Source of the DNA: Mobula hypostoma
Lineage: Eukaryota
Length of the DNA: 64,000 nucleotides
Direction of reading: 5' to 3'
Assembly (NCBI RefSeq): GCF_963921235.1
Contig: NC_086106.1
Span: forward strand, 20,274,001 to 20,338,000
In this document: piece after piece, positions 35,600-48,790 of the stretch
Layout of the letters: each line of letters starts with the position of its first letter
How positions within the stretch are numbered: position 1 is the stretch's first letter
Notes under the pieces: generated by a model
Seen by the model: the letters and a program-made list of their open reading frames with translations, nothing else
Databases searched by the model: none
What the model was told of the DNA's origin: nothing
Program-made: the position numbers and the translations under genes

Positions 35600-37850
35600 C
35601 TCGGGCTGGTGCGCTGGACCAAGTTCAAAGGTTATGGCGGTTCGTGAAGTTAGCTCTACGTTCTGCCCGTCAAAGCGAGCATAATATGCATTGAGCTTAT
35701 GTGGAAGCAAATCCTTATTGCCATTTATATGGATATCAAGAGTGTCTGAGGATACCAAACGTTTCTTCAGATACGTAACGTGTAAAAGAGAAGCAAGAGT
35801 GTATACCGTACAGCTGGAAAATGAAGATGGAGAGGTTGTAATGGGAGACATTAAAATAGTGGAAGAACTGAATGAGCATTTTGTATCAGTCTTCACTGTG
35901 GAAGACACTAGCAGTATGGTGGGTGTTTCAAGTATCGGGGGCATGAAGTCTGTGAAGTTACCATAACTACAGAGAAGGTTCTTGGGAAACTGAAAGGTTC
36001 ACCTGGAACAGATATTGAACACTCCAGAGCTTTGAACGTGTTGACTGTAGAGATCATAGAGGCATTAGTAATGCTCTTTGAAGAATCACTAGATGCTGGA
36101 ATGCTTCCAGAAGACTGGAAAATTGCAAATGTCGCTCCACTCTTCAAGAAGGGAGGAAAGCAGAAGAAAGGAAAGTATCGATCAGTTAGTCTGACCTCAG
36201 TGTTTAGGAAGATGTCAACTATTAAGGATGAGGTCTCAGGGTTCTGGAAACATATGATAAAATAGGCCGTAGTCAGCATGGTTTTCTCAAGGGGAAATCT
36301 TGCCTGACAAATCCGTTGTAATTCTTTGAAAAAGTAACAAGCAGGATAGACAAAGGACAATCGCTTCATGCTGCGTACTTGGATTTTCAGTCCTTTAACA
36401 AGGTACCTTACATGAGGCCGCTTAAGAAGTTACGAGCCACTAGTATTGCAGAAAAGATTCCAGCATGGATAAAGCAGTGGCTGATTGGCAGGTGGCAAAA
36501 ATCGGTAATATAGAGTGCCTTTTATGACTGGTTGTTGGTGATTATTGGTGTTCCGCAGCGGTCTGTGTTGTGACCGATTCTATTTATGTTATACGTCAAT
36601 GATTTGGAAAATGGAATTGATAGATTTGTTGCGAAGTTTGCAGACGATGTGAAGACAGGTGGAGGGGCAAGTAGTTTTGAAGAATTAGAACGGATAGAGA
36701 AGGACAGACAGATTAGGAGAATGGGCAAAGAAATGGCAGATGAACTACAGTTTCGGGAAATGTATGCTCATGCACTTTGGTAAAAGAAATAAAAGGATTG
36801 ACTATTTTCTAATCGGAGCAAATGATACAAAAACTGACACGCAAAGGCACTTGGAAGTCCTTGTGCAAGATTCTGCGACGGATAATTTTCAAGCTGATTC
36901 TGTGGCAAGGAAGACAAACGCGATGTTAGTATTCATTTTAGGAGGACTAGAATATAAAAGTAAGGATATAATGTTGAAACTTTATAAAGCACCTGTGAGA
37001 CCTGATTTGGAACATTGTGAGCAGGTTTGGGCGCCTTATCTTAGAAAAGTTATGTTGAAACTAGAGCGCTTTCAAAGGAAGTTCACAAAAAATGTTCCAG
37101 GATTGAATGTCTTTTCATATGAAAAGCGTCTCATGGTACTGGGCCTTTGTTCACCAGAATTCAGAAGAATGAGGGGTGACCTCACTGAAACCTAGCAAAC
37201 TGTGCAAAGACCTTTATAGTTGGTGTGGGAGAGTCTAACACCAAAGGGCATAGCTTCATAATAGAGGATCATCCTTTTAAAACGGAGATGAGGATGAATT
37301 TCTTTAGCCAGAGGGTGGCGAACCTGTGGAATTCCTTGCCATAGGAAGCTGTGGAGATCATCTTTATCTATATTTAAGACAGAGCTTGATAGAATGTTGA
37401 TTGGTCAGAGAATGAAGGGGTACGAGGTAAAGTCAGAAGGTTGGGACAGAGAGGATAATTGGATCGGGAATGATGAAATGGCGGAGCAGACTCGATGGAC
37501 CAAATGGCTTAATTCTGCTCCTACATCTTATGATCTTACGGTCTTTCTGCTTCTTGCTTTTGCTTTGTAGAGAGCCGATGGCATTGAAGCCCTGGCAAAG
37601 TAGTTGAACATTTTTCTGTAATTCAAGTTTATTTCCGAACTGTCACTTCACTCTGTACATATGCTGTCGTCCAACAGTGTTCTTCCATATGTCGGTGTCA
37701 ACCATGGCGTCTTAATTGAGATCCCCCGATGAGTACTTGAACATGGTCTATTCCACCTACTCGAAGCAGTCCCGCAGCCCCTCCTTTGCCACCCGTGACC
37801 ACCTCCTTAACTTGCGACTTGTTAAATAGCAGGAAAGAAGTCAATTGTGC
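35600..37850 (-). mobile_element. Rex1/Babar-type LINE fragment interrupted by a CR1
   Basis: LRDCFE..MFK motif at ~37700-37790 and LNAYYARFDGQN at ~35640-35720 flank the CR1. Confidence 0.6.
35725..37545 (+). mobile_element. CR1-clade LINE, older decayed copy
   Basis: Fragmented RT: WKIANVAPLFKKG, YVNDLENG..KFADDVK, LYKAPVRPDLEHC; TCTTATGATCTTAC tail. Confidence 0.9.
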
Positions 37851-38599
37851 AGGAATGGAAAACGATGTATGGCGCAATGGGACTAGTTACATTGTTCTTC
37901 CTCAGAACCATTATGGAATAGACATGTCGAATGGCTTTCTTTTGTGCTTCCCCTTGCTTGCGCAGATGCAGAGGAAGAAACAGAGTTAGTATTGTAGGTC
38001 GAATTCTTTCCACCAGAGTATAACCTGTATTGTCCCTTTTTAGGGTAGTCACCAGAATACACATCGTTATACCACTGAGATGCTAGAAACATTTGGTAAA
38101 ATTTCCCTGCATGCATATATTGATAGCGTTCGCGACGGTCACTACCTCGTTGTACCTGACAGTTTCATTACGAATTTGTTTCTAGCTTGTGGCTGATATC
38201 TGAGACTCATAACTCAACAGAAGGAGATAGACGCTGACAACTTTGTCGGTTCTGCAATCAGCAGTGTGCCAAGTATGTGATCTCTGCCACAATCTGAGAT
38301 GAAAAACAATTTAGAGACTGTAATTCATTTTACCTCGTTTGCGAAAGGGTTCATAATGTAGCCAGTTCTCCAGTTTCTTTGGACTGAATTTATCCTATGC
38401 CACTGTAAACTACACATGACCAAGAGAAGAGACTTTCCCATGTTGAAAAGCGAAATTGAAAAGCGAAACCAGCTCGTAGACCTCTCGCTCTCTATATAGT
38501 TTGATATACATATATATTTCATTTTTCATAGGAACTGGTGGATAGTTTAATTAAATTGTCCTGCTGTACACAATTGCAATGGGCAGAGATGTGGGAAGG

Positions 38600-38925
38600 T
38601 GCGGAGTAGCAGACTTAACCCAGTCCATCACGTGGTCATTCTTCCCCACTATAGGTAGCATCTGCAGGAGGTGTTGCCAGAAATAGGCAACATCGATCGT
38701 CAAAGGTACCCATTATTCGGGCCACGTGACCTTTTCACAGAAACCATCGGGCAGGAGGTACAGAAGCCTCAGAGTCCACACTATCAACTCCAACACCAGT
38801 TACTTGAACTGCTTTATAGAAGATGCATCAGCTACCTTACACAAGACAGTGAGCGACAGGCCTCGGGTCATGCACCTTGTAAAAACAAACAGTACTATTA
38901 CATCAGTACAGAAAGTACAAAACTA
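38600..38925 (+). mobile_element. Rex1/Babar-type LINE 3' fragment
   Basis: FSQKPSGRRYRSLRVHT..NTSY matches the LPSGRRYRS C-terminal motif. Confidence 0.6.
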
Positions 38926-39167
38926 CTGATACAGCATAAAGTTGAGGCAAAAGCAGACGGATTTGAAATGACCGCGAGAAAGAGCATTATGTTTGCTCTT
39001 AGTAAAGACAAACAGTGTTGATTAACGCTAGAACAGTTTTTTACAGAGTGGCGTTAGATCACCCTTGAGCGCGTGCGATCGACGCACCAACGTCATTTCC
39101 GGTTCCGACCTGCCCGCGTTGCCCAATGGGAACAGAATTTCATTTTATGCACACACATAGTACCACA
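38926..39167 (-). repeat. 3' LTR of the Gypsy element (TGTGGTA...TGTATCA, ~242 nt)
   Basis: TG..CA termini directly after a polypurine tract; contains CCGGAAATGACGT and a CCAAT box. Confidence 0.7.
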
Positions 39168-42100
39168 TCTTCCTCCTTAAGAAACAGAGACAATAATATG
39201 CTCTCACAAACCTGCAAAAACCAACAATCCATTCCATGAACGATATTTGCATTCTGCAGCCAGTCCCTTTCTCACTCAGTGTTTGAGGTTGTTTTATGGC
39301 CCATTTATTCTGCTATACTGTAATTGTTACGTTAATACCTGTGGCAACTCTGATCAGCAAGTTTATTTTTTACGTCTCTGCTCGCCCCTTTGATGTACTG
39401 TCAGGTGATATGTCATAGCTATGGGTTGTAACTTGCGATCGTAGATCCACACGGTTCCTTGGCAGAGGTGTTCTTCGCTCCGTAGTAATGTGGAGCAAAT
39501 TTCTCCTGCACATATCCTAGAACCTTCTGGTGCACGAAAACCTGTTGACACTTAAAGTATCGTAAGGATACGTCAGCCCATTAGCTTTTGGGCTACTGAC
39601 AGGTCATTCTATATTGGTGCACTTCTATACATCACCAGACTTTTGTGGAAATCTTCTGGCCCACCTTGCACTTGTTTCATGAGGCCCCATCTCTACCTTG
39701 ACCTACCTCCCTGCTAGGCCATTAAATTCTGGGTGATGTGGGCTGGAAGATGTATATTTAAATCTCACAATCTGTGGCAAAGGACTCAAATTCAAATCCT
39801 GAAAATTGTGGACCATTGTCTGATACCACTTCTCATGGAAAAAGAAACAGCTTTCAGAAAGGCGATGACCACTTTAATAGATGTTGATTGCAATGTTGCA
39901 ACCGTTGGGTAATTGGATAAGTAGCCTGTTACAATAATGTGACTCTTCCTATTATATTAAAAATCCACTCCAGCTTTCATGTCCGGCCTGTCTTGTATAG
40001 GAAATGATGTAAGCTTGCTTCTTTGGTCTGTAAGTAGACATATTTTACATGAAGCAGTGGTATGGCTAATGTCTTGATTCATGCTCGGCTAGAACATCAC
40101 TTCACGAGCTCTTCGTTTATATTTTTCTTCACCAAGTTGACCTTCATGCATCTTTTGGAGGGTTTATTTGTGGCAACACTGGAATCACAAACCTGTCCCT
40201 TTTGAAGGCTACTAAGAGTTCAACTCTGTCTGCCCCAAAATGTCGAATACACATTTGGCAGTCATCCTTAGTTGCTGGCCATCATTTCAGTATTCTCTCA
40301 TTGAGTACTTTGATTGTTTCATCTGTCACTGCTACTGTCCTATTCATCTCTGTTCTATCGGGAGATATAGCAATGGAAGCGACAATCATGCCACCATCGG
40401 TTTGTATATCTACATCAAACTCCTGGTTACATTTTTTCTTTCATGTTGACTGCCGGAGACATCGGATCAGCAACAAATATATATTTTCCCAGTGTATGGA
40501 TTATCTTCATGGATTTGTTAAAAAGCTTTGGCACTTGTTAAAACCCTTGATACATAGGCCATATACCATCTTGCTGCGGCAGTAGTAGTGCTCCAAGGCC
40601 GTACCGGGACGCATCTGCCGATATTCTAGTACACCTTTTCGGATCATAAAACGTCAGCAGGCCTCTTCAGTTAGGAATCTTTTCAGCATCTAGAAACACT
40701 CTTCTTTCTCCTGAGACCACACCCACTAATTTCGCTGCTGCAGGAGTGACCTAAGTGGTACAGACACAGTAGACAGTCTAGCGATGAACTTAGACAGATA
40801 AGTCACCCCCCCCCATTAAACTTCTCACCTCTTCCTTGTTTGAGAACTCTCCATGTTTTCAATAGCTGACTTCATTCTTGCATCAGGCTTCATTCGCTCT
40901 TCCAAAATGATAGCTCGTTTGAAATTCAGTGTCTTAATACCAAACTCACGTTTCTCTCTATTTAATTTCAAATTGACATTCCATGTGACGTCAAGCACCC
41001 TTCTCTGTGGTGCATCATATTAAACCTTGCTGGATCCCCAGACGATGATGCCATTTATCATGGTCTCGACATCAGATATGCCCTCATGCGGATGATGTTA
41101 TGGTAGACTTTAGGTTCGGACGGGATCCCATACAGTAGCCGAAGAAAGACATGTCTTCCCTGTGATGCATTAAAAGTACACAGTCTCGAACATGCCTCAT
41201 CCAGTTTCATGTGCCGATACCCAGATGACGCATCGAGTTTGTTAAACTACAAGGCATCTGCACACCGCGACACGATCTCCCCACGTCTTGGCAACTTAAA
41301 ATACTGTCTCTTGATGGATTTATTGAGAATTCTAGGGTCATCGGCAATGATTCGTTTTTCATTCATACAAATAACAGAGACCTCAACAAATCTGCAGCTT
41401 CTTCGATCTTCTGTATGACATTTGTCACTGCTATGCGTATCTTGTTTAAATCTGGTTCTAAACGTAAACTGAACTTTCCTGCATGCATGGACAACAGGAG
41501 CTACTGTGTCATCCACATGAGTTTTTGTGCACCAGATAAGCATACAAGCCTTTCAAGGAAAATTGCGTACTCTTCCCTAAGAGAAATTTGGTCATATTTG
41601 CTCTCGGAACCTGCTACAAAGTTTATTTTCACCAGGTTGAGCTTTTCGTATTCACTCATATCTAACGTTGACTGTACTCTCCTTTCTAAATCCAGTAGCT
41701 GTGCCCTTACTTGTTGTCCCTTGTGTTTGAAAGTCGCTTTACAGCTCCCTTTTACTGGAACGTTCTCTGCAGTATAGCCTGTGACATTTGATTTCACTGG
41801 GTAATTCTTGCTCTTTACTCTGAGAGTTTCGAATTCATCCATGGATAACAGATTAACCTGGGCAATGGTGTCAAACTTGAATTAAATTACTGTCTCATTT
41901 ACAGTCACTGGAACAAATAATTCTGATTTACCAGCACCAGCGGTCTGTAGAGAATCCGCAAAGACTTCCTTATTTTCCTCAGCAACCGTGTTCACCTTTC
42001 TCTTCCTAATGACAGCTTTGCAGCACTTTGCAAAACGATTCTTTTCCCCACAATTATTGCAGGACTTTCCATAAGCAGGCCACGTCTTTGGAATATGCCT

Positions 42101-42636
42101 ACATCCACATTTGCTGTATTTGTTGTTTGAGCCTATCTCTTTGCTTTGCTGTTGCTTTAGGAAATGCTTACTGAGCTGTCCCGCGTTTTCGCAGCGTGCA
42201 CAGTTGTGTTTGTCCTGCGCAGCTCCTTAGCTTGTGCTTGTGCGGTCTCTGCTGCCCTGCACATATTCGCAGCCATTTCTACCGTCGGAAGTAGTCTTTC
42301 TCTGAGTTTTTCACCTGAAATTCCGCAAATTATTCTGTCGCTATCTTGAGTCTGAAATATCCAAACTCACAGGCCTTACTCAATGTGTGAAGCTCAGCTA
42401 AGTATTGTTTAAATATAACACCTTGTTTCTGGTCACAGGGAAAATAAAAACATTTATGTCGCTCAAACTTGATGTTTTTACTTGGAACAAAATACTCCAC
42501 AAATTTCGTCATCAGGTTGTCCAATGTAAAAGCTGCATTGTACATTCGAAAGATGTTATAGATGTCCAATTACATGTAGAAGAATAAACACTTTCAATAT
42601 TTCATCAGCCCCTTCCATTCCGCTAGCCGCTAAATA

Positions 42637-45600
42637 CACTGGTGCTAGAAAGTTTGTGAACCCCGTAGAATTTTCTCTATTTCTGCATAAATGTGATCTA
42701 AAAAGTGACGGATGTCATAAAACCATATAAAGAGAATCCAATTCACTAGGACCGGGTTACAGCGGGAAGCGAAGTAGGAGATTGCTGAGCCTCTTGCGAT
42801 GATCTTTGCGTCATCTATAAGAACGGGAGAAGTACCGGATGATTGGAGGGTTGCAAATGTTCTTCCCTTGTTCGAAAAAGGGAGTAGAGATAACCCAGGC
42901 AATTATAGACCAGTGAGTCTGATTTCAGTGGTGGGGAAATTGTTGAAGAGAATCCTGAGAGGCAGGATTCACGAGCATTTGGAGAGACATAATTTTTTTA
43001 GGGATAGTCAGCGTGGCTTTTTCAAGGGAGTGCCCTGTCTTACGAGTCTGATTGAATACTTTGAGGAAGTAACAAAATACATTGACGAAAGTAAAGCTGT
43101 GGATGTAGCGTATATGTCTTTCAGTAAGGTATTTGATAAGGTTCCCCACACAAGGCTCCTTCAGAGAGCGAGGAGTCATTGGATCCAAGGAGACCTTACT
43201 TTGTGGATCCAGAATTGGCTTGCCAGCAGAAGGCAAAGGGTACTTGTAGATGGTTCGTATTCGGTGATCAGTGGTGTTCCGCAGGGATCTGTTCTGGGAC
43301 CCCTCTTCTTAGTTATATTTATATTTATAAATGACCTGGATGAAGAAGTGGAAGGGAGGTTTAGTAAGTTTGTTGATGACACAAAGTTTGAGGGAGTTGT
43401 AGCTAGTTTGGAGGGTTGTCAGAGGTTATAGCCAGATATCGATAGGATACAGCACTGGGCTGAAAATTGGCAGATGGACTTCAACCCAGATAAGTGTGAA
43501 GCTGTGCATTTTGGAAGTTACATTTTGAAGACAGAATATAAGATAAATGGTAAGACTCCTGGCATTGTGGAGAGTCTGAGCGATCTTGGGGTCTGTGTCG
43601 CAGGTTGACAGTGTCGTTAAGAAGGCGTATGGTGTGTTGGCATTCATCAACAGTGGGATTGAGTTCAAAAACCGTGAGGTAATGTTACAGCTATATAAGA
43701 CCTTGGTCAGAGCCCAGTTGGAGTACTGTGTTCAGTTCAGGTCACTTCACTACAGCAAGGACATGGACACTATAGAAGGAGTGCAGAGGAGATGTACAAG
43801 GATAGTGCCTGGATTGGACGGCGTACCTTATGAAAATATGTTGAATGCACTTGGCCTTTTTTCCTCGGAGCGACGTGGATGGCCAGAAGCTTTTTCCCAC
43901 GGTTGAATTGGTTAACATGAGTGGCACATAGTTTTAAGGTGCCTGGAAATAGGTATCCAGGAGATGTCAGGGGTAAGTCTTTCACACAGAGAGTAGTGGG
44001 TGCGTGGAATGCACTGCTGGCGGTGGTGCTGGAAGCGGATACAATAGGGCCTTTTATGAACTTCTTAGACAGGTACCTGGAGCTTAGAAAAATAAAGGGC
44101 TATGCGGTAGGAAAATTATAGGCAGTTTCTAGAGTAGGTTACATGGTCGGCACAACATTGTGAACTGAAGGGCCTGTAATGTGCTGTAAATTTCTATGTT
44201 CTATGTTTAATTAAATAAGTAACACAAAACATTATAGTTGATCATTTATTAATTGAGAAAAGTGATCCAACAACACATGTGTTTGTTGGAAAAAGTGTGT
44301 GATCCTCTGAGTTAGGTGTTCCTATCAATGAGATGAGATTGGAGGTGTGAGTTATAGATGTGCCCTGTCCTATAAAAAGACACAAAAAGTCAGGTTACTG
44401 ACAGGCCCTGCTGTACGCAAGAAAGGTCTGTTTATTTGCACCATGCCTCGATTAAAACATGTTTCAGAAGACCTTAGAATAAGAATTGTAGAGATGAATG
44501 AAACTGGGGAAGGCTACAAAAGCATTTCAAAAGACCTGCATTTTCATCTGTCTACAGTAAGAGAAATTGTCTACAAATGGAGGAAACTCCGTACTTCTGC
44601 AACTCTCCCTAAGAGTGGTTATCCTGCAAAGATCACACCAAAACATAAGGTGCAATGCTGAAGGAGGTGAAAAAGAATCTAAGCGTAACAGCAAAAGACC
44701 TACATAAATCTCTAGAACTTGCTGAATTCTTTGTTTAGGTGTGCACTATAAGAGAAAAAAAAATCAATGAACAAAAATGACGTTAATGGAAGGACACCAC
44801 GGAGGAAACTACTGCTCTCCAAAGACATTGCAGTACGTCTCAGATTAGCAAAAGACCACCTGGATGTTCTACAGCCTCCTTGGACAATATTTCGTGGACA
44901 GATGAGTCAAGAGTTAAACTTTTTGCCAGAAATGCATATTGCTATGTTTGAAGGAAACAGCAAAGCCTCTTCCCAACTGTGAAACATGGCAGAAAGAGCA
45001 TCATCGTTTAGGGCTGCTTTGCTGTCTCAGGATTGGACAGTCAGACAGCTTACAGCGTTGCGGGAACACTGAATTCAAAATTGTATCAGGACATTTTACA
45101 GGAGAATGTCAGCGTAGCAATACCTTACCCGAAGCTTAATAGAAGTTGGATAATGCAACAAGACAATGACCCGAAAGTCAGAAGTAAATCAGCAACAGAA
45201 TGGTTTAAAAATAAGAAAACCCATGTTTTGGAATGGCTGAGTCAAAGTCTTGACATTAATCCTATAGAAATGTTCTGGAAGAACCTGACGCTAGGAACCC
45301 ATAGTTGAAGCAGTTTTGAAAGGAGGAATGGCCTAAAATTTCTCCAAGCTGATGTTGAGGACTGATTAAGATGTACTGGAAATGTTTGGTTGTAGTTATT
45401 GCTTACAAGGGGGTGTCAGCAGTTACTGAAAGGAAGGGTTCACACGCTTTCTGCCACAAATATATGTAGGATATGATCATTTTTCATAATGAACACTAAT
45501 CACGTCTTTTATTTTACTTATTTAATCGGGGTTTCTTTATCTAGTTTTTGAACTTATGTGAAGATATCAGATTTTAGATCATATTTATGCAGAAATAAAG

Positions 45601-45638
45601 AAAATTCTATCGGGTTCACAAACTTTCTATCCCCACTG
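42637..45638 (+). mobile_element. Tc1-like DNA transposon with TIRs and TA target duplication; transposase decayed
   Basis: TA|CACTGGTGCTAGAAAGTTTGTGAACCCC.. and its inverse ..GGGTTCACAAACTTTCTATCCCCACTG|TA; transposase from 44443 (MPRLKHVSEDLRIRIV..), TDES, QQDNDPK, DINPIE motifs. Confidence 0.92.
42742..44207 (+). mobile_element. CR1-clade LINE inserted in the Tc1 left arm
   Basis: ORF 42799-43431 [30 protein letters not shown]; (TTCTATG) tail. Confidence 0.92.
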
Positions 45639-45789
45639 TAGACTGAATCACTGTTTGGAGCATTTTCGGTTAGATTACTGGTAAACTGCATAGGTACAGG
45701 AGGGTTCAGCTTCTCCATGACGCAGTTTTGTCGGCCGCTCACCTGAATATCTCTTGGTTAATTCGGAAACAACGTGCTCTCTTGTTGTC

Positions 45790-46385
45790 CCTATATTTCC
45801 ACATTTTCTGGAAAGATCGCCAGGATCCCGAAAAAACCGCGGATAATCACCATCATGAAACCCGTAAGGAAGCTTAAAGCTCAGCGTATGCGGGCCAAAA
45901 ATGATCTAGGACCTAGGGCGGCAGGCACATACAGGAATCACTGTGGATGCGGAGCAGCGTACATCAGCCAGACGGTGTAAACGTGCATAAAGGAGCATCG
46001 GAGGTGAGAAATCAGTGGTAGCAGAACATTGTATACGCAAAGACTACAGGATTGACTTCGACTGCACGAAACTACTGTTCTGTGCCAATGAATTTTGGGA
46101 CTGCCTGCTGATGGATGCAAATGAAATAGGACCAGAGACTAAGAATTGCAACAAAGTCGAATTTCACATTCTAAGTAAGAGCTGGAATGCTACTGTTAAC
46201 CAGGCGGGACCGTGGAAATCTGAACTGTTGAGGCCTAACCAATTACTAGGGACGGAAGACTGAGGTCGAGTATATATACCACTGGACTAGAGAAGCCTAG
46301 GCATCATCCCTGATTGAAATTTCGGAGGTTGTCAATGAAATGTCGGTTAAAATCAATAACTGGACCCGGTAGGGAGCCCGAGATG
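45790..46385 (+). mobile_element. Penelope-like element 3' fragment (GIY-YIG endonuclease remnant)
   Basis: GTYRNHCGCGAAYISQT..IKEHRR..VAEHC..YRIDFDCT. Confidence 0.7.
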
Positions 46386-46389
46386 TCTT

Positions 46390-48790
46390 GGCCTCCACAG
46401 TCGTCCATGCAGATTCACCACCCTCTGGCTTAAGAAATTCCTTTTCATCTCTGTTTTAAATGAACACCCCCGTATTCTGAGACTTTCTCCTCTGGTCCTG
46501 GACTCACACGCGGTTGGAAACAACCTTTCCACATCCACTCTATCTGGGCCATTCAATATTCTATAGGTATCAATAAGATCCCCACCCCATTCTCCAAAAC
46601 TCTTGCGAACACAGGCTCCTCGGACGTTAAACTTGTCATTCCCTGAATAATTCTCTTGAACCTCACGTGGACACTCTCCTAGTCCAGCACATCTTTTAGA
46701 TTGGAGGCCCAAATCTGTCCACAATACTCTAAAAGCGTCTGACGAATACCTTTTAAAACCTCAGCATAAAATCCTTATTTTTAATTTCTAATCCGCTGGA
46801 AATGAATGCTAACATTGCATTTAACTTCCTTACAACTTGCAGTTGAACATTTACGGAATCTGCTCAAGGACTCCCATGTCCCTTTACACCTCTAATTTTT
46901 GACAAATTTTCCCGTTTAGAAAATAGTCTACGCCATTATTCCTTCTACCACAGTTCATGACCATACACTTCCCTACACAATATTAAATCTGCCATGTCTT
47001 TGCCCATTCTCCCAATACGTCAAGTGCTTCTGCAGACTTCCTGCTTCCCTAATACTACCTGTCCCTTCACCTTCCGTTCTATCGTAAATTGGCTGCAAAG
47101 CCATCAATTCCGTCGTCCAAATCACTGATATATATCGTGCAAAGAAGCGGGGAAGTACCTAACTCTGCAAAACAGCACTTAGCAGCTAAGTAGCTAAGCA
47201 GAATAGACCTCCTTTATTCCGTCTCTTTTTCTCCTGTCGGTCAGCTGATCTTCTCTCCGTGCTTGTATCTTTCTTGTAGTACCATGGGCTCTTATGTTGT
47301 TAAGCAACTTCATGTCAGTCACTTTGTCAAAAGCCTTTAGAAAACCCTAGTAAACAAAATCCACCGACACTTCTTTGTCTATCCTGGTGCTATTTCTTCA
47401 AATAATTCCAAACAGAGTTGTCAGACAAGATTTCTTCTCAAAGGAAACCATGCTGACTGTTGGCTTACTTTATCATGCGCCTCTAATACCCCCAGATCTT
47501 ATCCTTAACAATTGATTCCAAAATTTTGCCGATGGCTGAAGTGAGGCTAACTGGCCTATAAATTTGTTCTGTTCCCTTCTCTTCTTAACGAGTGGAGAGA
47601 CATTTGCAGTTTTCCAGTCCGTCCGAGCCATTTCAGAATCCAGTGATTCTTGAAAGACCATTACTAATGCTTCCACAATGTCTTCAGCAACATTGTTCGG
47701 AATCCTAGTTTTTAGTCCATCTGATCTAGGTGACCTACCAACCCTCAGATCCTTCAGCTTTCCAAGCACTGCACTTCAGTAATAGCAACTGTCCTCACTT
47801 CTCTTCCACGAAACTCTCGAATTTCAGGCATATTGTTAGTGTCTTCCACAGTGAACACTGTCGTATAATACTTATGTAGTTCGCCCGGCATTTTCTTTGA
47901 TCTCATTACCAGCTGTCCAGCGTCATTTTTCAGCGGTACAGTGTCCACTCTCCACTCTTGCTTCTCTTTCACTAAGAGGAATCTAATGGTATCGTTTTTG
48001 ATTGGCTAGCTTGCTCTAATATTTCACCTTCGATTCACTTGATCATTTCTTTCCTTACGTTGTTTATGATATGTTGGCTTTTAAAAGCTTCCTAATTCTG
48101 TAACTTTACATTTTTTTGCTGTATTACAGCATATGCCATTCTGACATCTCTTTTTCTTTTGTCCTCTCCTTAACTTCCCGTGTGAGCCACGGTTGCCTCA
48201 TCCTACCTTCGGAATACGTGTTCATCTTTGGGATGGATCTTTCCTGTACGGTTCGAATTGCTCCCAGAAACCCCAACGATTGCTGTTGTGCCGTCATCCC
48301 ACAATAAACAATTCAGAATTGCCTTTCCCTAGTAGGCAAAGCCACAAACTACTTTAAAAGCCATCTCATAGGCATTCTACAAATTGCCTTTCTTGGCTAT
48401 CAGCACCAAACTGACTTTCCTAAACTACACGCATTCTGATATCGCCTATGACTATCGTAACTTTAATCTTATTACAGGTCTTTTCTATTTTCCATTGAAA
48501 TTTATAATTCACATCCTTGCTACTGTTCGGGGACTTGTATACGGCTCTCATCTGGGTCTTACCCTTGCAGATACTTTTCGCTACCCATAGGATTCTATAT
48601 ATACTGATTCTATGTCACCTCTCTCAAAGGATTCGACTTCCTTTCTTTTTACTATCAGCTCCACCCCACTCTCTTTCTGCCTACCTGTCTGTTGACACTG
48701 ATGGTTGTGTTTCCTCTGACCAATGTCATATTGTTACGTTTCCAATTTTGCTTTGGGGAAATTCGCTGCTGCATTTCCTTTATCCTAAAG
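46390..48790 (-). mobile_element. Decayed CR1-clade LINE(s)
   Basis: Minus-strand fragments GDLIDTYRILNG..FLSQRVVNL and WKTANVSPL.. Confidence 0.82.

Larger units (their letters stand above)
38926..45760 (-). mobile_element. Decayed Ty3/Gypsy LTR retrotransposon (gag interrupted by Tc1); 5' LTR not found
   Basis: Gag start MEKLNPPVPMQFTSNLTEN (~45720) continues as YLAASGMEGADE below 42636; Cys/His knuckles ~42020-42120; protease FKFDTIAQVN ~41860; integrase H-C remnants ~40020-40140; PPT AAGGAGGAAGA 39168-39178. Confidence 0.82.
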
